Below are positions 1 through 8,928 of a DNA stretch of 64,000 nucleotides, one piece after another (position 1 is the stretch's first letter; each line of letters starts with the position of its first letter). The stretch is from an uncultured Fibrobacterota bacterium (GTDB taxonomy: Bacteria; Fibrobacterota; Chitinivibrionia; Chitinivibrionales; FEN-1185), in NCBI GenBank assembly GCA_963729895.1, contig CAVSQB010000005.1, forward strand, positions 377,943-441,942, given 5' to 3'. The notes under the pieces are model-generated. The model did no database searches and was not told where the DNA came from. It was given only the letters and a program-made list of their open reading frames with translations. The translations under genes and the position numbers were made by a program.

Positions 1-1
1 T

Positions 2-2017
2 ATGTTGAGAAAGATAGGCCTTGCATCGTTGGTGACGCTTCTGACGGTTTTCGGGTCGCAGGCGCTCACCATTTCCGGCTCGGTGACGGACGCTGCAGGT
101 AACACGTCGGTGGTCGGCGCCATTGTTACGTTCCAGACCATCGGCGGGAACGTGTATTCGGATACCACCGTTGCGCTGGGCTCCTATCAACTCCCCACCG
201 TGAGGACAGGCGCCTCCGGCGTCCTGACGGTCACGGCCGCCGGTTTTTTGCGGGACCAGCAGTTGCTGGAAGACTTGCCTAACAAAGACACGACAATCAA
301 CATTGCGCTTACACCGGCCGGGGTTGGCGCAGGCGTAAAGAAGATTCTTGGGACTGTAACGGAAGCAGGCGGTACAAATGCGGTGGCGGGCGCCCGGCTT
401 ATTCTCTTGCTGCACGCCGGGATCACGACGGCAACGCCCGTTGACACGGTGCTATCGGCACATGACGGCACATACCAATTCGATTCGCTCGCTTCGGGCG
501 TGTACGATATCGTTGTCACCAAGCCCGGGTTCCTCGATAACGCCTCCGCCACCTTTTTAAACCTGAACAACGTCGATTCCCTCGTGGCGGGCATACAGCT
601 CACACCGGTCGGCAACAGGGTAGGCACGCTCACCGGCAAGGTGACCGCGACCGACACCACAGTGCCGCTTGCAAACGCCGAAGTGCTGCTCACGCGGACC
701 ACGGTCGTTGGCGGCGGAGTGACAACCACCGACATCGATTCGGTACAAACAAATGCAAGCGGCGTGTACGCCATTTCGGGGGTGCCTGCCGCCGCCGGGT
801 ACAGCCTCACCGTATCGGCTGCGGGATACGTTCCTGCCGCATCTCCGGCGACGTTCAGTGTTGACTCGGCGGTTTCGCGCACCGAGAACTTCAGGCTTGC
901 CGCCGTGGTGGTGCCGGCAGGTATTGTAAACGGCGCGGTCACCGACAGCGCGTCGCTTGCGGCAATCCAGGGTGCACTGGTGGTTCTTCGCAGGCTGCAG
1001 GCCGGCGTCGCATGGGTACCTACGGATTCGACCGTCACCGCGGCAAACGGGTCGTTCGCATTTACCGGTCTCAACGCGGGCACCTATTCTCTTGTGGTAA
1101 GCAAAGCAGGCTACACCACGTACACCTCGCCCGGCAACAGGTCCATAAACCTGATAACCAATCCCGACACGGGCACGGTTGCGGTCGCCCTGGCGGCTAT
1201 CCCCAAAGGCAACCTGCGCGTATTTGTTGAGGACAGCGTCAACGATGCGGTTTCCGGCGCATCGGTTTCCATGATCCAAAGGACGGCGGGCGGCCAGACG
1301 CCCCAGACATATAATGGAATTACGGCCGCGAACGGCTGGGCGGTGTTTAGCGCCATCGTAGCCGGCGCCTACGACATCACCGTTTCGAAAGCAGGATTTA
1401 ACACCGTGACGCGCGCAAACCAGGCCGTAACGGCGTACGGCAGCGACACAACGAGGGTGACGCTGCAGGCGGCCACCGGCGCCACCAAGACCGTTACGGG
1501 AACGGTGAAGACGGCGGCGGGAGCGGGCATCGGCGGCAGCGTCGTGGTGCTCACCGCCCGGGAGGGCGGCGGCACGACCCTGGCGCTGATTGACACATGC
1601 GCAGGCGACGGATCGTACCGCATCACGGGAATTCCTGCCGGGTATGCAACGGCCGCCCTTGCGGCGACGAAAACGGGGTTCCAGACCGGGGATTCCACCG
1701 GGATTTCCATTGCCGGCGATTCCACCACCGTTGACATTATCCTGGTTCCGGTGATGGGAGTCAGGACGGCGGTGCCCGGCGCGGCGGCCCGGCTGAGCGT
1801 CACCCTGTCGCGGAAAGGCGTGGTGCTTACCGGCGTGAGAGCGGGAGAACCGGTAAAGGTCACCCTCTACTCCGTCAATGGACAAGTGGTAACGAACCTG
1901 GCGGTTTCGAGCGGCGCTTCAACGCTGTTGGTCCCCAAAACATGGTCGGACCAGATCATGTTTCTCAAAGTGGAACAGGGCGCCGCCGTCATCGGCCGGA
2001 TGGTGCCCGTCCGGTAA
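2..2017 (+). CDS. Secreted protein with tandem carboxypeptidase-regulatory-like (prealbumin-fold) beta-sandwich repeats and a T9SS-like C-terminal domain
   Basis: N-terminal signal peptide (MLRKIGLASLV...SQA); about 6 repeats of G.V.D....l.GA.V.L.....T..dG.Y.F..l..G.Y.l.vsk.Gf; C-terminal 'VTLYSVNGQVV...FLKVEQG' segment typical of sorting domains. Confidence 0.75.
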   Translation: MLRKIGLASLVTLLTVFGSQALTISGSVTDAAGNTSVVGAIVTFQTIGGNVYSDTTVALGSYQLPTVRTGASGVLTVTAAGFLRDQQLLEDLPNKDTTINIALTPAGVGAGVKKILGTVTEAGGTNAVAGARLILLLHAGITTATPVDTVLSAHDGTYQFDSLASGVYDIVVTKPGFLDNASATFLNLNNVDSLVAGIQLTPVGNRVGTLTGKVTATDTTVPLANAEVLLTRTTVVGGGVTTTDIDSVQTNASGVYAISGVPAAAGYSLTVSAAGYVPAASPATFSVDSAVSRTENFRLAAVVVPAGIVNGAVTDSASLAAIQGALVVLRRLQAGVAWVPTDSTVTAANGSFAFTGLNAGTYSLVVSKAGYTTYTSPGNRSINLITNPDTGTVAVALAAIPKGNLRVFVEDSVNDAVSGASVSMIQRTAGGQTPQTYNGITAANGWAVFSAIVAGAYDITVSKAGFNTVTRANQAVTAYGSDTTRVTLQAATGATKTVTGTVKTAAGAGIGGSVVVLTAREGGGTTLALIDTCAGDGSYRITGIPAGYATAALAATKTGFQTGDSTGISIAGDSTTVDIILVPVMGVRTAVPGAAARLSVTLSRKGVVLTGVRAGEPVKVTLYSVNGQVVTNLAVSSGASTLLVPKTWSDQIMFLKVEQGAAVIGRMVPVR

Positions 2018-2040
2018 TCCGGGTTTTGGCGGCCGTGCGG

Positions 2041-3690
2041 TCAGGGGCAACCCTTCTTTTTCGCCTCCACCGCTTTTTTGATCCGGTTCACGTGGCCCCG
2101 GCCAAGCCCTTTTACCTCGCAGCCGAGTTCGAAATAACGCCGGATTTTTGCATCGTCGAGTATGGCAAAGCAGTCGATGATCGCCGCGGGCCTGCCGATT
2201 TTCTTTACCAGCGCGTCGGGATCGAGATCGAGGTATTGCTTGTGGCGGACGGCGAAAATCACCGCGTCTGCGCCTTTGAGGGACGCATCAAGGTCCTGGG
2301 AAACGCGCAGCCGCGACAGCTTCTCTTGGCTGCGGAAGAAGCGCGCCCAGCTGTAGCCTTTTGACGGATACGTATCCTGCGCCTCGAATTCCCACCAGTG
2401 CGTCACATACGGATCGTGCACCCGGAGTTCGGCGCCCATTTCCGTAAGCTTGCGAACGATGATTTCCGAGCCGCTGTAGCGCGTGTCGCCCACGTCCTCG
2501 CGGTAGGATGCGCCGAGCAGGAGCACCTCAGCGGCGGCAATGGACCTGTCGATATTGCGAAGCGCGTCGCGTGCAAGCTGGCCCACGCGCAGCGCGCGCG
2601 TGTCGTTGACGTTGATGGCCGTGGGAGTGATCTTGAAGATATTTTCCTCCCAGCCCAGAATATGCTTGTAGGCCCACATGCCGAGCCCGCCGTCTTTGGG
2701 CAGGCAGTAGCCGCCGATGCCCGGGCCTGGGAAAATCATGTTGGAATGCGTAGGCCGCACTTTGATGGCATTGATCACCTTGAGAAGGTCGACCCCGTTC
2801 TGCTCCGCAAACTGGCTCCATTCGTCGAGAAACGCCAGGATGGTGGCGCGATAGCTGTTTTCCACGATTTTTGCGGTTTCGGATTCTATTGGTTTGTCAA
2901 GAACGGTGAGGGGAAAATCCTTGACGTTGATCACCTCGCTCAGAAACGTGACGACGCGGCGCCTGGATTCCTCGTTGACGCCGCTGCACACCCGCCAAAA
3001 ATCGCGTATGCTGGCCACATAGTTCCTGCCGGGCATAACCCGCTCGTAACTGTGGGCAAGCACCGGTTCGCTCTCTATCCCCCGGTGCTCGAATACTTTT
3101 TTCATGATGGGATAGGCAACCTGCTCGGTTGTGCCGGGGGCTACCGTAGTCTCGATGAGCACCAGGGCGTCGGGACGGACGCGCTCGGCGATGGTGTGCA
3201 TGGATTTTTCGAGGGCAGCCATGTCGGCGCGTCCGGTTGACAGGTCGCCCAGCGATTCCTTGAGGTAATCGCATTGGACGTCCACCACCACCACGTCGGC
3301 GAGCGAGAGGACGTCTTCGTTGTAGGTGGCAACCAGGGATTTCTTGTCGAGTACGCAGCGCCGTATTATCTGGTCCACCTCGGGATCTTCCGCCTTGACA
3401 GGAGACACGCCGCGGTTGAGCAACTGGGTCTTCCAGTAGCTCCTCGTGCTGGGCCGCTGCATGCCGATCACGAATTTCAACGGTTTGCCGGATGCGTCCC
3501 TGGTGTCGGCGACGATGGCGGCCATCACGGCGCCCACAAACCCGACGCCGACCACCACCACGATTTCCCTGCCCATGCCGCGCTGCTCGTCGGCGCGTTG
3601 CTTGATTCTGGCGAATTCGGCCCCGTACGCTTCCTGCGCCGGAATCGGGAATTTTTCGCCGTCCGGGCTTATTGAGAATAGTTCCGCCAT
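2041..3690 (-). CDS. Nucleotide-sugar dehydrogenase (UDP-glucose/GDP-mannose dehydrogenase family)
   Basis: Rossmann VVGVGFVG, ETTVAPGTT, catalytic GPGIGGYCLPKD, C-terminal SYREDVGDTRYS; start moved to ATG at 3690 behind an AAAGGA RBS. Confidence 0.85.
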   Translation of the reverse strand: MAELFSISPDGEKFPIPAQEAYGAEFARIKQRADEQRGMGREIVVVVGVGFVGAVMAAIVADTRDASGKPLKFVIGMQRPSTRSYWKTQLLNRGVSPVKAEDPEVDQIIRRCVLDKKSLVATYNEDVLSLADVVVVDVQCDYLKESLGDLSTGRADMAALEKSMHTIAERVRPDALVLIETTVAPGTTEQVAYPIMKKVFEHRGIESEPVLAHSYERVMPGRNYVASIRDFWRVCSGVNEESRRRVVTFLSEVINVKDFPLTVLDKPIESETAKIVENSYRATILAFLDEWSQFAEQNGVDLLKVINAIKVRPTHSNMIFPGPGIGGYCLPKDGGLGMWAYKHILGWEENIFKITPTAINVNDTRALRVGQLARDALRNIDRSIAAAEVLLLGASYREDVGDTRYSGSEIIVRKLTEMGAELRVHDPYVTHWWEFEAQDTYPSKGYSWARFFRSQEKLSRLRVSQDLDASLKGADAVIFAVRHKQYLDLDPDALVKKIGRPAAIIDCFAILDDAKIRRYFELGCEVKGLGRGHVNRIKKAVEAKKKGCP

Positions 3691-4186
3691 CGATTGTCCT
3701 TTCGTCAAGACGAGATGTGGGGAGATTCGTACACAAACAATAAAACAAACCACCAATATACTATCGCTGCGGCTATTTCATCCACAGTTTCGGCACAGGT
3801 TACGCGTGTCCGGGAATTGAAGATCCTGCAGCAACCTGCGAGGAAAAGGCTACTACCATACCTTTATGAATGAAATGACAATCTTCAATCCCTATGGAAG
3901 ACGACATATCAATAATCACTCCCTAAGCCCGAAGCCGCTTCAGGGTTAGCGCTCGCTTAAGGGATTCATCCGGTCCATAAAATAATCAGCATGCAGCATG
4001 CCAGAAAGTTCGCTGCACGGCTCCCCGATGGAGATTCGGCAGAATACTTTAGATTCCGCAGATTCCGTCATTTCGCGCTTTCTTTAAGGGCTTACACAGT
4101 TTTATTTTATAGCTCCGCTTCTCTGCTGCCTGAGAAGATGATGAGAAGCAACGTGCGCTGGGTCATATATAATTGGAGAAAGGCGG

Positions 4187-5194
4187 ATGATGGAACAGCT
4201 TGCGATTGGAATTGATCTCGGCGGCACCAACCTCAAGGGCATCATCATGAGCCGGGACGGCGAGGGACGTCACCTCACGCGAGTTCCGACTGAGGCCAAG
4301 AAGGGCGGGCAAAAGGTTCTTGACAATATACTTACGCTTGTCGACAAACTAATCCAGCGGGAAGGATCCAAGGACAATATCATCGGCGTCGGCATCGGAA
4401 CGCCGGGCTTTGTCGACCGTGACGGGACCATCAGCGGCGGGGCCGAAAACCTTCCCGGCTGGAAGGGAATGCAGATATACGAACCTATCCAGCAACGGTT
4501 CGGTCTTCCCGCAACGGCCGGAAACGACGTCACGGTTACCGCGCTGGCCGAATCGCGTTTCGGCGCGGGCAAGGGCGTCAAGAACATGGTGTGCCTCGCT
4601 CTCGGCACCGGAATCGGCGGCGGAATCGTGGTGAACGGCCAGCTTTACAAAGGCTCGCACGGCATGGCGGGCGAGCTGGGGCATATCTGCGTGGAAACAA
4701 ACGGACTTCAGTGCAATTGCGGACAAAAAGGATGCGTCGAACGGTATGCATCCGCCACCGGCATCGTCAACATGGCGATACGCGTGTGCGAAGACCTTGA
4801 TGTCAAGCAGCAGACCGCGTTCGCCCACGAGGTGCTGCGCAGGCCCCAGGGGCTTACCTCCAAGATCGTTTACGATTATGTCAAGAAAAACGATCCGGTC
4901 GCCTGCCGCGTGAACGAGCTGGTGTGCGAGAAGCTCGCCCGCGCCGTGGGCATCATCGTCAACGCCTTGTCGCCCGACCGCATCATCCTCGGCGGCGGGG
5001 TCATGATGGCGGGCCAGGTGATTATCGACACGGTGTCGCGGTACGCGCCCATGTTCTGCTGGCCCGAAGTATGGAAGAGGTGCGACATGGCCATCGCCCA
5101 GCTCGGCGAGAACGCGGGCGTTCTCGGGGCCGCGGGGCTCGTGTTCGAAGACTTTACAGACCAGAATCCTCTCGACAATTCCACGGCCGCGTAG
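4187..5194 (+). CDS. ROK family sugar kinase (glucokinase)
   Basis: IGIDLGGT, LGTGIGGG, GELGH and the CNCGQKGCVE zinc motif. Confidence 0.9.
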   Translation: MMEQLAIGIDLGGTNLKGIIMSRDGEGRHLTRVPTEAKKGGQKVLDNILTLVDKLIQREGSKDNIIGVGIGTPGFVDRDGTISGGAENLPGWKGMQIYEPIQQRFGLPATAGNDVTVTALAESRFGAGKGVKNMVCLALGTGIGGGIVVNGQLYKGSHGMAGELGHICVETNGLQCNCGQKGCVERYASATGIVNMAIRVCEDLDVKQQTAFAHEVLRRPQGLTSKIVYDYVKKNDPVACRVNELVCEKLARAVGIIVNALSPDRIILGGGVMMAGQVIIDTVSRYAPMFCWPEVWKRCDMAIAQLGENAGVLGAAGLVFEDFTDQNPLDNSTAA

Positions 5195-5227
5195 CCCCTC
5201 CGTCCGGGCGATGCGCCGGGAGCCTTC

Positions 5228-7216
5228 ATGGCCGACAGCACTGCCGAACAACTCTCCAAGCTCCGCGAGGCCGTTCGCCGGTACGATGCGGCCTACTACG
5301 GCCGCGGTGAATCGCTGGTTTCCGACAAGGAATACGACGATCTCACCGCGCGGCTTGTGCGGCTCGAACAGCAGTACCCCCGCCTTGTAACTCCCGATTC
5401 GCCGACCCGGCGCGTTGCGAGCGATCTCACCAAGACCTTTGCAAAAGTGCGTCATTCCGTGCCCATGATGAGCATCGACAACACCTATTCGGAGCCCGAA
5501 GTGCGCGAATGGATGGAACGGGTGCAGAAACTGCTTCCCGGCGAAAAGGTCTCTTTTGTGGGTGAGCTCAAGGTGGACGGCGTCGCATCGAGCCTGGTGT
5601 ACGCGAAGGGCAGGCTGGCCTCGGGCGTCACGAGGGGCGACGGGGTTACTGGCGACGACGTGACCGCCAACATCCGCACCGTGCGGTCGGTTCCGCTGTC
5701 GCTTTCGTCAAACGAATCACTTGAGGTCCGCGGCGAAGTGTACATGACCTTCGCGGCCTTCCGGTCGCTCAACGACTCCCTCGTTGAAAACGGCCAGCGG
5801 CCCATGCAGAACCCGCGCAATACCACGTCGGGCACGCTCAAGCTGCTCGATCCGAAGGAAGTTGCGCGGCGCAACCTCAGCTTCGCGGCCTACTTTCTGC
5901 TCTCAAAGTCCCACGGCGCAAGCCACCTCGAGAACCTCGCCGCGCTCGAATCGCTCGGGTTCCCGGTTGTCATCCACTCCGGCAGGCTGTTGGCGGCCGA
6001 TGACGTAATCGCATTCCTGCGTGAATGGAACACGAAGCGCCGCGGCCTCGATTTTCCCGTGGACGGCGTGGTTGTCAAGGTGGACGATATCGGCCATCAG
6101 GAAAAGCTCGGGACAACGGCAAAAAGCCCGCGCTGGGTGATTGCCTACAAATATCAGCCCGAGACGGCGGTCACGCAGGTTGTGGCCATAGAGCCCAACG
6201 TGGGCAGGACCGGCGTGGTGACTCCGGTGGCGAAACTCGAACCGGTGCTGCTTGCCGGCACAACCATACGCAATGCGACCCTGCACAACTACGATGAAAT
6301 ACGGCGTCTCGACGTGCGCGTGAGCGACGCTGTGTCCATAGAAAAAGGCGGCGAAATCATTCCGAAGATAACGGCAGTGCTCGTGGACAGGCGGCCCTCC
6401 GGCAGCAGGGAATACCAGGAACCCGCGCGTTGTCCGTCGTGCAGGGCACGGCTCGTGCGCCTCAACGGGGAAGTGGCGCTGCGGTGCGTCAACAATTCCT
6501 GCCCTGCCCAGCTTTTCGCGTCGCTCACCCATTTTGTGTCGCGTACCGCAATGAACATCGAAGGCCTGGGACCGGCGCTCATCGCCAAATTGCTCGATGC
6601 CGGGCTCATAAGAAACGTTGCGGACCTTTTCACGCTCGCCGCCGGAAACCTTGCGGACCTGGAGGGAATGGGGGAGAAATCCGCGGCGCATATCGTCGCG
6701 GCGCTCGAAGCCGCAAAGAAAAACCCGCTCGACCGGCTGCTGCACGGTATCGGCATACGCATGGTGGGCGCGCAGACCGCCCGCGTGCTCGCGCAGGAAA
6801 TACGTGACATCACCGCCCTGTTCGATATGCCTGCAAGCAAGCTCGAAACCATGCCCGCCATTGGACCGCAGGTGGCGCAAAGCATACGCAGCTTTTTCGA
6901 CAGGGAAGAGAACCGCGGCCTTGTTCTCCGCCTTCGTTCCCTCGGCGTCAACTGCAACGGCATGGAAAAGCCCGCTGGCGATCCCGCATTTGCGGGCAAG
7001 ACCTTTGTGCTGACGGGCGGTCTCGCCCGGTATTCCCGCCAGGCGGCACAGTCGCTCATCGAATCCCGCGGCGGAAGCGTGTCCGGGAGCGTGAGCAAGA
7101 AAACCGACTACGTCGTGGCAGGGGAAGATCCGGGGTCCAAGCTCGGCGGAGCGCGCACGCTTGGCGTTGCAGTGCTTTCCGAAGAAGAATTCCTGAAAAT
7201 GCTTGGAGAGAAGTGA
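5228..7216 (+). CDS. ligA: NAD-dependent DNA ligase
   Basis: ELKVDG adenylation motif, TRGDG, PRWVIAYK, Zn finger, HhH repeats, BRCT (GSVSKKTDYVVAGE). Confidence 0.97.
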   Translation: MADSTAEQLSKLREAVRRYDAAYYGRGESLVSDKEYDDLTARLVRLEQQYPRLVTPDSPTRRVASDLTKTFAKVRHSVPMMSIDNTYSEPEVREWMERVQKLLPGEKVSFVGELKVDGVASSLVYAKGRLASGVTRGDGVTGDDVTANIRTVRSVPLSLSSNESLEVRGEVYMTFAAFRSLNDSLVENGQRPMQNPRNTTSGTLKLLDPKEVARRNLSFAAYFLLSKSHGASHLENLAALESLGFPVVIHSGRLLAADDVIAFLREWNTKRRGLDFPVDGVVVKVDDIGHQEKLGTTAKSPRWVIAYKYQPETAVTQVVAIEPNVGRTGVVTPVAKLEPVLLAGTTIRNATLHNYDEIRRLDVRVSDAVSIEKGGEIIPKITAVLVDRRPSGSREYQEPARCPSCRARLVRLNGEVALRCVNNSCPAQLFASLTHFVSRTAMNIEGLGPALIAKLLDAGLIRNVADLFTLAAGNLADLEGMGEKSAAHIVAALEAAKKNPLDRLLHGIGIRMVGAQTARVLAQEIRDITALFDMPASKLETMPAIGPQVAQSIRSFFDREENRGLVLRLRSLGVNCNGMEKPAGDPAFAGKTFVLTGGLARYSRQAAQSLIESRGGSVSGSVSKKTDYVVAGEDPGSKLGGARTLGVAVLSEEEFLKMLGEK

Positions 7217-7229
7217 CGGACTTTTCCCG

Positions 7230-8294
7230 ATGAACAACATCCTTCTCTACTGCCGCGCGGGATTCGAATCGGAATGCAGCCGCGAATTCGCCCGCCTGTC
7301 AAACCGGTTCGGCGCGGGCGGAACCGCCGCGGCGGTTCCGGGAAGCGGATACGCGGTACACCGTTTTGCGGGCGAATCCTCCTGTCGCCGATGCATCCGG
7401 GCGCTTCCGTTCTCCTCGCTCACCTTCGGCCGCCAGATGAGTGCGGCATCGGACCCGGTGGGCCCGCTGTCCCCCGGCAACCGCGTTGCGCCGCTTGTTG
7501 ACGAGGCAGGTCGGTTTGGAATGCGCTTCGCCGGTTTCTTCGTCGAAACCGCAGATACCAATGAAGCGAAGCAGTTGAGCGGCCTGTGCAGGAAGCTTAC
7601 GGCGCCGCTCGCGGAAGCTCTTGACAAGAAAGATTTGCTCGACAAGGCCGCGGGAGCGGAAGCGCGGCGGCTCCACATTTTTTTCACCGCATCCGATCGC
7701 GCGTACGCGGGGTTTTCGCACGTCGGCAACTCGTCGCCGTGGCCCCTGGGCATTCCGCGCCTCAAGTTTCCGGCGGGCGCGCCGAGCAGGTCTGCGCTCA
7801 AGCTGGAGGAGGCATTGTGCGTATTCTTGACAACAGAAGAAATGGTCCGGTTCCTTAAACCGGGCCTCACCGCGGTGGATCTCGGGGCGTCGCCCGGCGG
7901 CTGGACCTGGCAATTTGCCGTCCGGGGCATGCGGGTCACGGCGGTTGACAACGGCAGCATGGATTCGCGACTGCTGGGTTCCGGTCTGGTCCGGCATGTC
8001 CGGTCCGACGCGTTCACGTTTGTCCCGCGTCGGCCTGTCGACTGGATGGTGTGCGACGTGGTGGAACAGCCGTCGCGGATTGCAAGGCTCGCGGCCCAGT
8101 GGATAGCGCGGAAATGGTGCCGCGTGACGATTTTCAATCTGAAGCTTCCCATGAAAAAACGGTATGAGGAAGTGATGCGGTGCAAGGAAATTGTTTCCCG
8201 GGAACTCAAGCCGCATGACATCGCGTACGATCTCCGCCTAAAGCATTTGTATCACGACAGGGAAGAGGTGACGGCGTTGCTGCGCAGGACCTGA
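7230..8294 (+). CDS. rlmM: 23S rRNA C2498 2'-O-methyltransferase
   Basis: LLYCRAGFE start, APSRSALKLEEA, AVDLGASPGGWT, WMVCDVVEQP, IFNLKLPMKKRY, HLYHDREEVT. Confidence 0.92.
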   Translation: MNNILLYCRAGFESECSREFARLSNRFGAGGTAAAVPGSGYAVHRFAGESSCRRCIRALPFSSLTFGRQMSAASDPVGPLSPGNRVAPLVDEAGRFGMRFAGFFVETADTNEAKQLSGLCRKLTAPLAEALDKKDLLDKAAGAEARRLHIFFTASDRAYAGFSHVGNSSPWPLGIPRLKFPAGAPSRSALKLEEALCVFLTTEEMVRFLKPGLTAVDLGASPGGWTWQFAVRGMRVTAVDNGSMDSRLLGSGLVRHVRSDAFTFVPRRPVDWMVCDVVEQPSRIARLAAQWIARKWCRVTIFNLKLPMKKRYEEVMRCKEIVSRELKPHDIAYDLRLKHLYHDREEVTALLRRT

Positions 8295-8517
8295 TTCGTT
8301 CATCAACCGGCGAGTTTTTTCACAAATGGCCCGTTGATGAACAATAAATATAGGCCTGGCTTTGTTTTTTTTATTAAATTATAGGATAAAGACTTTGCTG
8401 ACTTCAAATGCGGTCTTACAAACTCCAGCAGAAAGGATTGAAAGGAAGGGGGGATCTTTTGATTCTGCTTCACGCGATGCCAGTGAATAATTATAAACAA
8501 ATCGGGAGGAGTATTAC

Positions 8518-8916
8518 ATGAAGAAGCTATGTTGTCTCTATGCGGCCATTGCTCTCATGGCCCCAATGATTGTCGGCGCCGTGACATGGCAGATGGACAG
8601 CAGTCCATTTATTTTTCCCGGCAGCGGGGTGAAATTTCTCAAGCAGACGAACGCTTCACAAGCAGTCCTCAAGTACAAACAAGGCATTTCCAGAGGGTTT
8701 GTAACCTTTCAGTACAGCCTGCCGCAAGGAACAAAAACCGCACGGCTCGCCATCTACGATCTTTTCGGCAAGCAGATCGAGTCGTTTGATCTGTCTGCGG
8801 GAGCCAATTCGGTTCAGTGGAGCATTGCAAAACGCACTGTTGCGGCCGGAGTTTACCTGGCTGCACTGCGGTACGGTTCGTTTGAAAACAAAATTCAGAT
8901 ATCCATTGTCAAATAG
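8518..8916 (+). CDS. Small secreted protein consisting essentially of a T9SS-CTD/FlgD-Ig-like domain
   Basis: GGAGGAG RBS, signal peptide, 'FQYSLP...ARLAIYDLFGKQI...SVQW...VAAGVYLAAL...KIQISIVK'. Confidence 0.7.
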   Translation: MKKLCCLYAAIALMAPMIVGAVTWQMDSSPFIFPGSGVKFLKQTNASQAVLKYKQGISRGFVTFQYSLPQGTKTARLAIYDLFGKQIESFDLSAGANSVQWSIAKRTVAAGVYLAALRYGSFENKIQISIVK

Positions 8917-8928
8917 GGGGGTTGCACC

